From: Tubiluchus corallicola
Taxonomy: Eukaryota; Animalia; Priapulida
Assembly: GCA_030141605.1 (NCBI GenBank)
Contig: JAQGDQ010000183.1
Coordinates: 124,001-188,000, forward strand
Reading direction: 5' to 3'
DNA length: 64,000 nucleotides
Under the pieces are notes generated by a model that made no database searches, was not told the origin of the DNA, and saw only the letters and a program-made list of their open reading frames with translations. A program made the position numbers and the translations under genes. Shown one piece after another: positions 1 to 11,902 of the stretch (its first letter is position 1; every line of letters begins with the position of its first letter).

Positions 1-1190
1 GCATCTTCAATATTCAGCATTTGAGCAAAGAAAAGCGTTTTATATGGTACCGTTGAATTAGCCATCAAATTTAGGCAACATTAGCTCTAGTAAAAAACTA
101 GATGGGTGTAAGCGGGAAAACTTTTAGGTGGTGTCACTCAACATTCTGTTTTTACAATGTTGTTTTTAGTTGTTTACCTTGCTCAGAGAGAATATGTATA
201 CATTCAAACATAGCTACGTCACTTCTGCCATTTCACAGATTACCCTTGATAATTGGATAGATACTAGTCCTGCCGCAAGCTCTAAATTAACCAAACCTGT
301 TGATCGATCTTGGCTTACAAAGTGCCTAACTGCTTAAGAAAGTTATGCACAAAGCTTATAACAAAATGGTACAAAGGAGCGTTTTTAATGAGTGTTTACG
401 TTGCCTGTATGCAACAATTACATAACAGAGAAACTTATAAACAGTGACTGCCATAAAAAATTCTAACCAATTTACTTTATGAAGAAGTGATTTCTAGATG
501 TAACATTGCAAACTTTCTCCAATTTTGCATCAACAAACGCAATAACATACAAAACAAAAGGGTTTGCAGTGATACTGCCGCCATCTATAAAAATTAATAC
601 ACTCACCGCACATCTTTAAGTAACTTACTTGACACAGATGTGTCCCAATTCATCCACACCTGCCTCGCCAGTGCCATCTTTCTTCAAAACTGTGACTGAA
701 ATAAACAGGCGGAAATTATCTAGCTGTACCAACTATCCGAACACTGTCACAGTTTACATGCTCACAGCCATGACTGACAGTGACCAGTCAGCCGACAAGC
801 ATAACAATCTAAACGAGCTTGTGATGGTGTGGAAATGTTCAAACTGCAAAATGTCTGCTCTAGTAGCATCAGTTAATCCAAAGACAAAAGTTTATTTAAA
901 CAATCGATTCTCTTGAGTGAGCAAATATCAGTGGAAGCAGTTCAGTTGTAAAGTAAAGTTTTTACGAACTACTTTTCTCTCTCAATTCGAAGCCAAAATT
1001 TAGCTTTCACCTTGACTTAATTTAAAAAGAAGAATTGTACTTTACCCTAGCAAGCTCTAGCATCATGACATAGTTTCTAAATTTTATTATTTGGACAGAA
1101 GAGCAAGAGTCGGTATAACAATCACTTTCCATTCCCCGAACTGTTGCGCAAGGGGAGTAGACGAGGGAAGTCGCCTGTACTCCGCGACAA

Positions 1191-1236
1191 AAGTTAAGCA
1201 AAGTTGGAGCTGGTCAGTAAATAGATGAGGGACCAT
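1191..1236 (+). mobile_element. 5S-derived SINE head fragment (another at ~19030-19070)
   Basis: AAGTTAAGCAAAGTTGGAGCTGGTCAGTAAATAGATGAGGGACC resembles 5S AAGCTAAGCAGGGTCGGGCCTGGTTAGTACTTGGATGGGAGACC. The 5' half of 5S is absent. Confidence 0.5.
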
Positions 1237-2468
1237 CACAGCCAAAACTTGGACAGGGTCGCTTTATCCAGCGTGCTGATTCTGGCAGCTTACCTCCTTG
1301 GGGAAATATGCAGAGTTTTTTGCACACATCTAAATATGGCTGTGGTGATTCCAGTGACTTTTTAGAGGCTAATGAGTAAGATCCAAGTTACTTTTCAAAC
1401 AGGGATATTGAGTGGATGCTGCATTCAAAGTGCATGTAAATAACCCGAAGAAATTACTCCGGTCAGCCTCGGGTATAAGGTACTCGCTTTTAAGGGACAC
1501 TAACATGCAAGGGACCACCAATGCCGGTCCCGATTTTTCGTAACGTTTTTCCTGTGTAAAAATCTTCATATATGAGGTACTCGGATATAAACGACTTTCG
1601 ATTATAAGAGACGATATATTCAGATCATTTTTATGCCAAGTTCATCGCTTTATGCTATTTCTAAGCTGAGATGATCCATGTGGAAGTTGAGGTGCAGGCT
1701 GTGGATTGAAAAACATAATCTTGAGAGAAAATTACTGTTAAAGTCGGTCATTGTTTCTTTGTCGCGTTTCTACAAAACACTTAGCAACTGCACAAATGTT
1801 ATTAGTTGCTATGGATTTTGCAAGGGCACATTGAAGTTATGTTTACATCCAGTAGATGGCTCTCCCTGATGGAGGTCTGCACTTGGCAACAGCAAAAACC
1901 CGAAACAAAACGAAAGCCTCCACGAGCTACTATCGGAGTTTTTTTACAATTGCAGTACTAGTTTCTAAATAGAAAAGTGGGTAAGAAGTTAAAAAACTAA
2001 ATTTTTAGTGTTTTTTAAACAGTTTCTTAATAATTTGATGCTAGAATATAAAAGTCCAATATATTTAGCATTAGTTTTTACAAAACACAAAAATTTGACA
2101 GTTGACCAAACTTTTAGGTCATTCTAGTTTGAAACATCATAATTTGGTCTTAACTATGCCGACTTATGGATGGTTTTGGTTTGCAAGCACACACATTATA
2201 ATAATATAGACAAAGATTTTAAGAGCGTCCCCTATTTCCAATTTACTAACCTGGTAACCCTATGCATCACGCATTACGGACTGTGCATTACACACACATG
2301 GAAACACTTTCACATGTTTAAATACCAAACCGTTGTGTATGCATTACGGGTCATGCATCACACATACGCGGAGTTGTATCTCTTATCACTGGTGTGAATG
2401 TCACCACACACTGCAGAAAGTTTTCAGTAAAAAGGTTTTACTTCCGAGTACGGCTTCAACATTCTTAC

Positions 2469-2668
2469 CATTGTAACCCGGCACTGGCATGCCCGACACT
2501 CCGTGGGGAGGATTGAGACTGTTCTTCAAGCCGACACAACTAGCGGTGATGGCCCACGCTGTCTCCGTTTGCCACCAGTTGTCCAAGACCGGCACCCCGA
2601 ATGCCCACTTTCCCCAGTTCAACGTCTCGTTGTCGCAATGCTCGCCGGCTACGAAGAGATACCGAAAT
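2469..2668 (-). CDS. ACSS3: ACSS3 coding exon 8 (last exon found in window; gene probably continues left of position 1)
   Basis: ttttcag|A then FRYLFVAGEHCDNETLNWGKWAFGVPVLDNWWQTETAWAITASCVGLKNSLNPPHGVSGMPVPGYN+G|gtaag. Contains AGE and DxWWQTET motifs; phase fits either exon 7. Confidence 0.95.
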
Positions 2669-3482
2669 CTGAAAAGAGGTTATGATTACGAAAGGAATGG
2701 ATACATCAGACATTAAATGCACAAATTTAATTTTGCGAAGAAGTTAAATAAAAAACGGACGATTGTGTAAACACGAGTTCAGAATGAACAATGCCCTAAA
2801 ATACTGAAAACTACAATAGCTTTTTTTAAATCAAGGCTTAGATTAAATAATAATTACCTCGGATACTCAAATTTTGTTAAACTTTGAAAGCTACGCACGG
2901 CTCAGTGAATCTACTAAGATTGGCAGCGGGGCCTTTTTGTCACATTCGCGTGGCCAACAAATAAAAGGCGGTACCGTGATAACCATGATCATGAATTGCA
3001 GTTTTAGTTTTTGACGTAATACGACGTAGAACCCATTTTCGTGACATCACGAATCTAAACAGTAACACCTATACAAACGTGCTTGACGCGCAAGGAAAGA
3101 TGCCTGCCATTGCACAAACTGTGGTTAGTTTCTGACGTAAGCAATAGCTGTGTTCGGTTGCCGTTAATTAACTTTCTAAGCTAATTATTCAAATATAAGG
3201 ACCAATTGCTTTTATAGGCAAAAAATGTATATTGTGGACAGTAAATTAAAATGAGATGGAGTCTAAACAATCGTCCAGTCTTCCTTTAATAATGATGTAT
3301 TGCTAACTGACAAACGTTAGTGTAAGACAAACTGTTTTGTTTGACATTAGTGTAAGATAAAGTTTTTGAAGGTGAAGCCATTTATCAATCAGAATTTTAA
3401 CAAAGAAACTACCAGGCAACAACACAAAGATGAAGACATTCGAAACATGTTCCGAAGACATTCGAAACACTAAAAATGTTAT

Positions 3483-3807
3483 GGCGCTTTCAGACTAGAG
3501 AGTTTTCTTGCTAAGCTAACTTGCCGCGTAACTCACAAGTGTGTTCAGACTATAGACAAAAATTTGCTTTGAGTTACTCTCCAATAGTAAGCACGAGCTC
3601 GCACTCAATTCTCTATTTGCTGCGAGAATTATCGAGAGTAACTAACCGAGGCATTCACACTAGACAGTAACCTCACACGTAAAAAATCAATTTGCAGCAA
3701 CCGTCGGAGAGTAACTTGCAGACAGTAACTCACAAAGCAGTTTGCACTTGCAACTTCACTGTCAGAGAGAAAACTCACGACAGAAATTCCCTAAGTTTGA
3801 AAGTGCC
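3483..3807. mobile_element. PIF/Harbinger-like MITE (further copies at ~5240-5542 and, partial, ~35153-35385)
   Basis: TIR GGCGCTTTCAGACTAG / CTAAGTTTGAAAGTGCC and internal gtaactcgcaa motifs shared by three copies. Confidence 0.65.
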
Positions 3808-4207
3808 AATAGATAATAATTTTTTAATGCTTCCAGAAAATTTAGCAAATTATTTTACATTCGCAAGTAAGACCAACACTAGTCGTTAAGCTCCACCTGG
3901 TTAAGGTAACAGAAAACTTTTATCCATTTCCAAATATGCCGAGGCACTACCTCTCCAAAACTTTAACACACACTATCCAGGCGAAACTATTTTCTTAAAA
4001 ATGTATTAATCAAAATAAAGCAGACACATAATAGTGAAAAAAAATTATGCCCAAATTTTTATAAGGACATTTTTTGGTGTGAAACAACTCTAGGATGCTG
4101 GCCACTGCTTCACTGTTTTAAAAACTACGGTAATTAACTTGCAGTGTTGCGCAAGCCTTCTACGAGAAAAAAATTTACATAATAAGCCTTTTCACAGTTC
4201 CAGTGAT

Positions 4208-4522
4208 TGATGATGATCGTGAAAAGGTCAAAGGTTAAGTGTACAAGACAACACATTTGTGTACACTCGACAATGCCTAGCAGCCCAAGGTATTGTAATA
4301 TTAACAGTTTTAACAGCTAGCTAGAACCTTACCTAGTTCATTTTTTATTGCTCCCAAGCAAGATCCTGCTAGTAAATCACTCTACATGCAGACATAAGCA
4401 TAATTAAGTAAATACCACGTAAAACAACTGAAAGCACTGAACTGATGTTTTGATTTACCCACACATCACGTGACGATTGTAGTTGAGACGAGTTTGGTGT
4501 GGTAAACTTAACCTTTGACCTA
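4208..4522. mobile_element. Small foldback/MITE-like repeat (second copy at ~13083-13285)
   Basis: AGGTCAAAGGTTAAGT ... ACTTAACCTTTGACCT inverted repeat; the left ~190 bp recurs at 13083. Confidence 0.55.
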
Positions 4523-6935
4523 CAGCAACTCCGCGTGCGCACAACGAAACTACAAAAAGGCTTATTGAACTTTTAAAAACATAAAATTGTCTCAGCTCAG
4601 GTGCAGTATGGCATAAACCAGTTGACAACAAACAAGCAACAACATGAGTACTACTTTATAATTATCACATGCGGCCAAACTAAACATTAAAATTATTAAT
4701 ATCAACTTACAATACCATCAATACAACTTAGGCAAGCATCAAACAAATTGCAAAACAAACAATAAAAAGACCAGCTTTCTATTCCACAATAACAACATAA
4801 TGATGAAATTAATACATAGTTATTTGACAAATTTGTAAAAAAGGCGGAAACTGCAACCGGATAGGAACCATGCACTTCACCAGAAGAGGCATGGAGCAAA
4901 GTCTTACCATAAGAAGGTTTGCGATATCACTAGTAATAACATTCATACTCTTTCTCAAGCGTACCTGCTACCTTGCAGGAAGTTATACACTTTTTGCAAA
5001 TTCAAATCCTGCATACCTTTGAAGTATGTTATTAAACATGACAATATAATTAGTCAGATAACATTAGACATTGTTTGTTAAGGTCTGTTCTCAGTTGCTT
5101 AACAGAGTTAACTTAAATGTAAAATACAAAAACATACAGAAAATCTATGAAAATTGACTGATAATGTTAAATTAATATCATTACCAGGTAAAGGAAATCA
5201 AGCAGGAAGTCGGGCAAATTGTAACACATACAGAGTTAGGGAGCTTTCAAACTGGCGAGTTTTCGGGCGAAGTTAACTTATCAAGTAACTCGCAAGCTTG
5301 TTCAGACTAGACAGCAAAACTTGCCGCGAGTTACTCTCCATGGCGAAACAAGAGTTAACACTCACTTCTCTATTCACTGTGAGAAGTGTCGAGAGTAACT
5401 CGTCGAGGAAGACGGTAACTCGCAGCAACTGTCACTGAATTCGCAATAACTTGCCGACAGTAACTCGCAAAGCAGTTCACACTTGCGTGTTTACTGTCAG
5501 AGAGAAAACTTGCGACAGAAAACTCCCTAGTTTGAACATGCCGACAACGAAAAAGAAGAAGAACACAAAACAGGCTCAATTTACTTCACAAAGTTTCACG
5601 CAAATATGTTTCTCAGATGAGCCGAGAAAAATGCAAGACAGTTTAGGTAAAAAAAAAAGCAAGACAATCTCCTAACAATCAACACATCTCTAAAAGAGGC
5701 ACCTGGCAACCCTACGAGCCTGTACTAGTGTTATAAATCATGAAATCTACAGTACTAAAGCATCTTGAATGCTAATCCATTCGTTTAGCCAAAAAGGGTT
5801 ACCGGATGGTCAAGAACGGAATTAAAAAAACTTAGGTGTTCTTTTAGCTTGCATGTCACCTAGCTCCTGTTTCCATGGCGACAACAATCGTATTTCAAAT
5901 TTGAGAGCAACGTACTGCCAAAAATTTATGCACAACTTTTATTTTTTCATTAATTTTTTTACTGTTTTTGTTTACCCATACAATGTTTATTATTTTTTTT
6001 TAAAATTACCTGAAAACTCAGCTTCATTGGGTATTAGTCAGTAGGGGTGAGCATAAAACATTAGAATTCAACGTTCAAATTTGATTAGCAGGGGCTTTTT
6101 TTAAACCTAAAATTATGTATTCGAATAATCGATCACTTCAAATATAAACGTTCTGTATCGTTAAAACATTTCAAACATCGTCAACGTGGCGAGACTTCTG
6201 TGCACAATTTTTAAACAAGTTATTAGTATTTTTACTGCAGGACAAAATCGACTAATATGCACGACCTTTGCGAGACGGCCTTTTATAAAGCGAATTTGAA
6301 TTTGATTCGGATTCAAAGTCCTGAAGTTCGGTTTTGATTTGAGTTCGAAAGTCACAAATTCTCCTTCACGATTGGAATTCTCCTTCAGACAAAGAATGCT
6401 TGCCCCTACCTGCCAGTGTTTAAGTTGGTATCGACCACGTAGCTTAGTGTATCATTGCTACGCAGATGGCATCCCCATCTAGCGGTAAAAAAGGCACAAG
6501 CTGTTAAGCTTATTTCACAACACCATTTTGCAGAAAATGACGTAAAACAATAAGCCTATAAGCCTTCTAGATGCTTTAGTAGTGTGTCAGTTTGCAACCA
6601 AGGTTTTGGGTAATGAAAATGTACGGACAAAACAGCACATGGATCCACCTTTGATAAAGTTCAGAATTGAGTATAACGGGCCGCCAATCACGACAAAAAA
6701 TCATACAATAGCATAGAATAACATTAAATGTTAAAACAGTTTTTGTTCTAAATGCAAGCAGACCTGCCACAGAGCAAGCTTTTATGACACCAACCAGTAC
6801 AGAGCAGGAAAAAGGACGAAAGTAACTACAACTAGATAGACTAGCACTTGAAGCATTAACGAGAAAGTGACTTTGAGTGGCGTTAGAAAGTTTGAAGGAG
6901 TTCACCAACCACCTCTGTCAAATCCAGCTACCTAC

Positions 6936-7087
6936 TTGTACAGCGTGTAGCGTCTACCAAAAACTATTTCGGGATCATCTTGTCGAACGGCTCGTAGTGC
7001 CGTCGGGGCGATAAACAGCGCCGACACCTCGTGATCGTGAATTACTCGGAACAAGCTGCCCGCGTTCGGCGTCCCGACCGGCTTGCC
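6936..7087 (-). CDS. ACSS3: ACSS3 exon 7B (canonical-like copy)
   Basis: ttctcttgcag|GKPVGTPNAGSLFRVIHDHEVSALFIAPTALRAVRQDDPEIVFGRRYTLY+AA|gtagg. 152 nt; matches the ACSS3 GKPVGTP...LFxAPTA motif. Confidence 0.92.
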
Positions 7088-7136
7088 CTGCAAGAGAAGG
7101 AAATCGGCTCAGGGTAAAGTCAACTACGACGCTTAC

Positions 7137-7288
7137 TTGTTCAGAACGTGATGTCTGCCGCGGAGAAATTCCGGATCCGCCGTACGTAGACCTCGCAGTG
7201 TGGTCGGGTCGGACAGGGCCGCAACGATATTGTGTTCGTGTATAACACGAAACATGGCACCGGCATTAGGAGTGGAAACGGCATTACC
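7137..7288 (-). CDS. ACSS3: ACSS3 alternative exon 7A (divergent duplicate, putative mutually exclusive)
   Basis: ttttactttcag|GNAVSTPNAGAMFRVIHEHNIVAALSDPTTLRGLRTADPEFLRGRHHVLN+AA|gtaagc. 152 nt, open frame, phase 0 in and phase 2 out. Confidence 0.75.
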
Positions 7289-8511
7289 CTGAAAGTAAAA
7301 TTAGTACAACGAAACAAAATGATTCAGTTTAAATTGTCAATATAAGAGCTCTGCACGAGAAATGGTCTCTGTTGTCAAAAAAATTATAAATGCAGGGCCA
7401 TCTTAACAGCATTATAAGCCTCTGGGCAAAGCAGTGCACTGAGATCCCTATCAGTGCTTAAAGTGCACCGGGTCTGTCAGGGTCGCAGACCCAAAACCTA
7501 AATTTACTGACCCTGCACCTAAAGAAAAAACAATGTATCGCCCAGTTCACATATTTAGCTTTCTCACCATTTAATTACCTATAAGCATATCCGTAACACG
7601 TTAGTAGCACAATTTCCATCTTTCACTCAACAAAATTGAATTGTAGACGATAACAATGTGTACCTCACTTTTGTTGCAATTTTTCAGGAAAAAGCACGTT
7701 TCTTGATAAGTTATGCACAAGTAGTATAACGACTTAACTCTTTTTATCACCTAGTAACTTAGTTGTAATAAAATTTAGCTCTAATCAGGTGGCATGAGTG
7801 GCGCGATTGTCTTTGACAGAAGTAAATCAACATGTAAATTAGAGCTCGCGCACCTTGCTGTATTTTGTTTGCTCACTGATTCCTCGCGGTTAAACAGTTT
7901 GAGTAGGCCAAGACAGCTAGTGGATGAAAATTACTTAATTCCCTGATTAAAGAGCAATTGCTGTTTTTGAATTAAGACCTAAATTTTGTACCCTTGAAGA
8001 CGAAAAACCGTTGAGAAATTGCTTACTAAACTGACGTTTTTTCTACCATTAAAGGTCTCAAAAGCCTAAAATCAAGGACAATATAAGCCCCAATGGGGAA
8101 CCTTATAGTGCTCTCCAAGACCTTCTAGCTGTTTCTTGTTCTGTTCTAGCACTAGTCCCTACCTCTCCCCAGAGGTCCCCTACTAGTCCCTAGTCACAAC
8201 CAGTCACAGGAATAAAAATGTAAATGATTGGTAAAATGAAACAAAATTATATTTATTGTATTGGTATACAGTATTGGTATTTACACAAATTCAGTGTTTA
8301 AACATTAAAGAGCATGCAGTACAGCAAAGATTAATCAACACAAACGTTTTAACAGTACAAAATGAGTCTTGAGAAACACAAAAATTTTAACATATAAATG
8401 ATACTCTATTGGTAAACCATACAGATGGAAATGGTGCCGTATGAAATTTCTATGAATTATTTATTATTAATCAAGTATTCAACAAAAAAAATTGCTTAAT
8501 TTGCTTAACGT

Positions 8512-9578
8512 CAGCGGTCTTCAGAAAGTCATCTTCCGTACGAATGAGTGGAAGCCAGGTCAAACGCTAGTGGTCTTCGAAAAGTCATCTTCCATACGAA
8601 TGAGTGGAACCCAGTTCAAATGCTAGTGGTCTTCAGAAAGTCATGTTCCGTACGAATGAGTGGAAGCCAGTTCAAATGCTAGTGGTCTTCAGAAAGTCAT
8701 CTTCCATACGAATGAGTGAAAGCCAGTTCAAACGCTAGTGGTCTTCAGAAAGTCATCTTCCATACGAATGAGTGGAACCCAGTTCAAATGCTAGTGATCT
8801 TCAGAAAGTCATCTTCCATACGAATGAGTGGAACCCAGTTCAAATGCTAGTGGTCTTCAGAAAGTCATCTTCCACACGAATGAGTGGAAGCCAGTTCAAA
8901 CACTAGTGGTCTTCAGAAAGTCATCTTCCATACAAATGAGTGGAAGCCAGTTCAAACACTAGAGGTCTTCAGAAAGTCATCTTCCATACGAATGAGTGGA
9001 AGCCAGTTCAAACTCTAGTGGTCTTCAGAAAGTCATCTTCCATACGAATGAGTGGAAGCCAGTTCAAACTCTAGTGGTCTTCAGAAAGTCATCTTCCATA
9101 CGAATGAGTGGAAGCCAGTTCAAATGCTAGTGGTCTTCAGAAAGTCATTTTCCGTACGAATGAGTGGAAGTCAGTTCAAACACTAGTAGTCTTCAGAAAG
9201 TCATCTTCCATACAAATGAGTGGAAGCCAGTTCAAACGCTAGTGGTCTTCAGAAAGTCATCTTCCATACGAATGAGTGGAAGCCAGTTCAAATGCTAATG
9301 GTCTTCAGAAAGTCATCTTCCATACAAATGAGCGGAAGCCAGGTCTAATGCTAGTCGTCTTCAGAAAGTCATTTTCCGTACGAATGAGTGGAAGTCAGTT
9401 TAAACGCTAGTGGTCTTCAGAAAGTCATCTTCCATACACATGAGTGAAAGCCAGTTCAAACGCTAGTGGTCTTCAGAAAGTCATCTTCCGTATGAATGAG
9501 TGGAAGCCAGTTCAAATGCTAGTGGTCTTCAGAAAGTCATCTTCTATACACATGAGTGGAAGCCAGTTCAAACGCTAC
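8512..9578. repeat. 56-bp tandem repeat, ~19 copies
   Basis: Unit gctagtggtcttcagaaagtcatcttccatacgaatgagtggaagccagttcaaat; period 56 (e.g. 8521 to 8577). Confidence 0.95.
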
Positions 9579-9687
9579 TGCCTCATTCTGCTAGGAAGCT
9601 GATTTTTTATAAGTTTCAGTCTTCAAAATGAACATTGTCCTACACAGAGCCTTAAATCAGAGACAAATGCCAATGTCTGCTCGTAAC

Positions 9688-11902
9688 CTTAGACCTTAGT
9701 CCTTCCTGCGCATTGATGCACATTGGGCAGATAGCATTTTCCACTGAGTTCTATCGGCGGCTTCGTTCTCTACGTTTTCCCAACGTCTGTTGACAGCTCG
9801 AAGGTCTTCTTTGAAGGATCTGCGCCACGTTGTTTTTGGCCGACCTCTTTTTCGTTTCCCACCAGGTGGTTCCCACTGTACTGCTGTTTTGGCGTAGCGA
9901 CTTTCTGATAGACGGAGAATATGTCCACCCAGTTTCATTCTTCTCTCTGTAACTATATCTTGTAACCGCAATGACTGCGCTCGTTGAAGAACTTCTACAT
10001 TGGTGACATGGTCGCGGTAGGAGATTTTTAGTATCTTTCGAAGGCATTTTTGGTGGAAGACGTTCAGTTTCTTTGATAACTCCGCTGTGACTTTCCAGGT
10101 TTCGCTGGCATAGAGAGCCGTTGGCAGCACAATGGCGTTGTACAGACGAAGTTTGATTTTCATGTCAATTTTCTTGCTTGTCCAGATTTTTCCCATCTTC
10201 CTAAATACTGCTGTTGCTTTGCCAATTCTCCCCCTGATGTCATTTTCTGTACCAGATATGAAAAACTGGTAACGTTCTTAACCATTTGGCCTCCCACTGT
10301 TATATGTACATCATTCTGTTGGTTTGTCCACACTTTCAAAACTTTGGTCTTTTCTTGACTAATTCTCAATCCAATTTTTCCCACTACTTCTTCCATACTT
10401 GTGGTCAGTTGTTGCAGGCTTTCTTTTGATGTTTCCAGAAGAGCTATATCGTCAGCAAAGTCCAGATCTGCCAATCGTTGTTGTTGTTTCCATTGCATTC
10501 CTAGATCTTTACCATCAACCGCCTTGTTCATGATGAAATCAATCGTCAGTAGGAACAGGAATGGCGACATAATGCAACCTTGCTTAACTCCAGTTTCGAT
10601 GGTGAAATACTCGGTGTTTCCCTCTTGTGTTCTTATACAACAGCCGCTGTTTTGGTAAAAGTTCTGGATGGTTGAAATGAATTTCTGTGGGAAACCATAC
10701 AGAGAAGCAATTTTCCATAGAGACTGCCTGTGAACAGAGTCAAAAGCCTTCTTGAAATCAATAAAATTGATTAATAAGGGCTGTTGGAATTCCATACATT
10801 GCTCAATGATGTTTCTGAGAGTGAATATCTGTTCACAGCATGATCTTCCTTTTCTAAATCCAGCTTGTTGTTCTCTTAGTCTTATATCAACAGCATCTCT
10901 CAACCGATCTAGCAGCACTATACTCAGGACTTTTCCAGGTATTGACATCAGAGTTATTCCTCTCCAATTGTTGCAATCTGTCAGGTTCCCTTTTTTAGGC
11001 AACTTCACGATGACTCCATTTCTCCAATCTTCGGGGACCTTTTGTTGTTCCCAGCAGCTGTTCAGGAGCTTTGTCATTGATCGTGTTATCCCTTTATTAC
11101 CGTGTTTCAGGAGCTCAGCTGTTATTTGGTCCTCTCCAGCTGCTTTGTTGTTCTTTAGTTTTTTGATGGCAGTTTCGACTTCCAGTTCACTGATGTTGTC
11201 CAATCTTACATCTAGCTGTTGTTGTCCAATTTCATTCTCAAAATTGAATAATGTTGTTGGGTTTGGCTGGTTGAGAACTTCCTTGAAGTGTTCCACCCAT
11301 CGTGCGTTTTGCTGTTCTGTTGTTGTGAGAGTCACACCACTTTTGTTCTTGACTGGCACAGCTGGGGTGCCTCCTGTTCCCGTTAGATCTTTAACAATTC
11401 TGTAGAGAGTCTTGGTATCATTATGGCTGGCTGCTAACTGTGCTTCTTCACCCTTCTTTTCAAACCATTCGTTCTTGTCCCTCCTGCAACGTCTTTTTAC
11501 TGCTCTATCTGCCAGTTGGTACTGCTCATTGGCTTGACTCCTGCTTTCTGGTGTTTTTGCTTGGTCTTTCATTTGCTTAGTCTTCTTTCTTTCATCAATT
11601 AATTCCCAAGTTTTTTCTTGTATCCACATTTCTTTTCTGTTACCCCTTCTTCTGCCGATCTGTTCATCTGCAACTGCTGTTACTGCTTCTTTGAATATTT
11701 TCCACTGTTCTTCAATATCGTTGGCTTGTAGTAGTGGTTCAAATTTGTTGCTAAGTGCAAGTTCAAAACTCCTTGCTTTTTGTTGGTCTTTCAGGTTTTC
11801 AACCGCAAAAGGTCTTGTGATTTTTGGCTTTTATGTGATTTTATTGGCTATTTTATGATCTAAATTGCTACAGAAACAGACAGAAACAAACAAACAAATC
11901 TA
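9688..11902 (-). mobile_element. 5'-truncated RTE-clade non-LTR retrotransposon (RT domain; frameshifted by a small deletion near 10250)
   Basis: ORFs 10160-11629 and 9696-10196 have RT motifs PKKGNLTDCNNWRGITL, QAGFRKGRSC, FIDFKKAFDSV, GVKQGCIMSP, LDFADD and the RTE C-terminal KRKRGRPKTTW. 11-bp TSD CTGCTCGTAAC at 9677-9687 and 11903-11913. No APE domain present. Confidence 0.93.

Noticed and set aside
1191-1236. Functional 5S rRNA gene
   Set aside because: Only the internal control region resembles 5S. It is diverged and lacks the 5' half and terminator, so it is a SINE relic.
1-2468. Next ACSS3 exon (expected V.ILD...G.I..KLPLPPG)
   Set aside because: Not found on reading the minus strand; it probably lies left of the window.
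4203-4400. Duplicated intronic TGATGA motif (also 13083) as a C/D snoRNA
   Set aside because: Antisense to the host ACSS3 transcript, no convincing D box or terminal stem, and better explained as a MITE.
8512-9578. CRISPR-like regular array
   Set aside because: No unique spacers: whole units repeat. Eukaryotic context and no cas genes.
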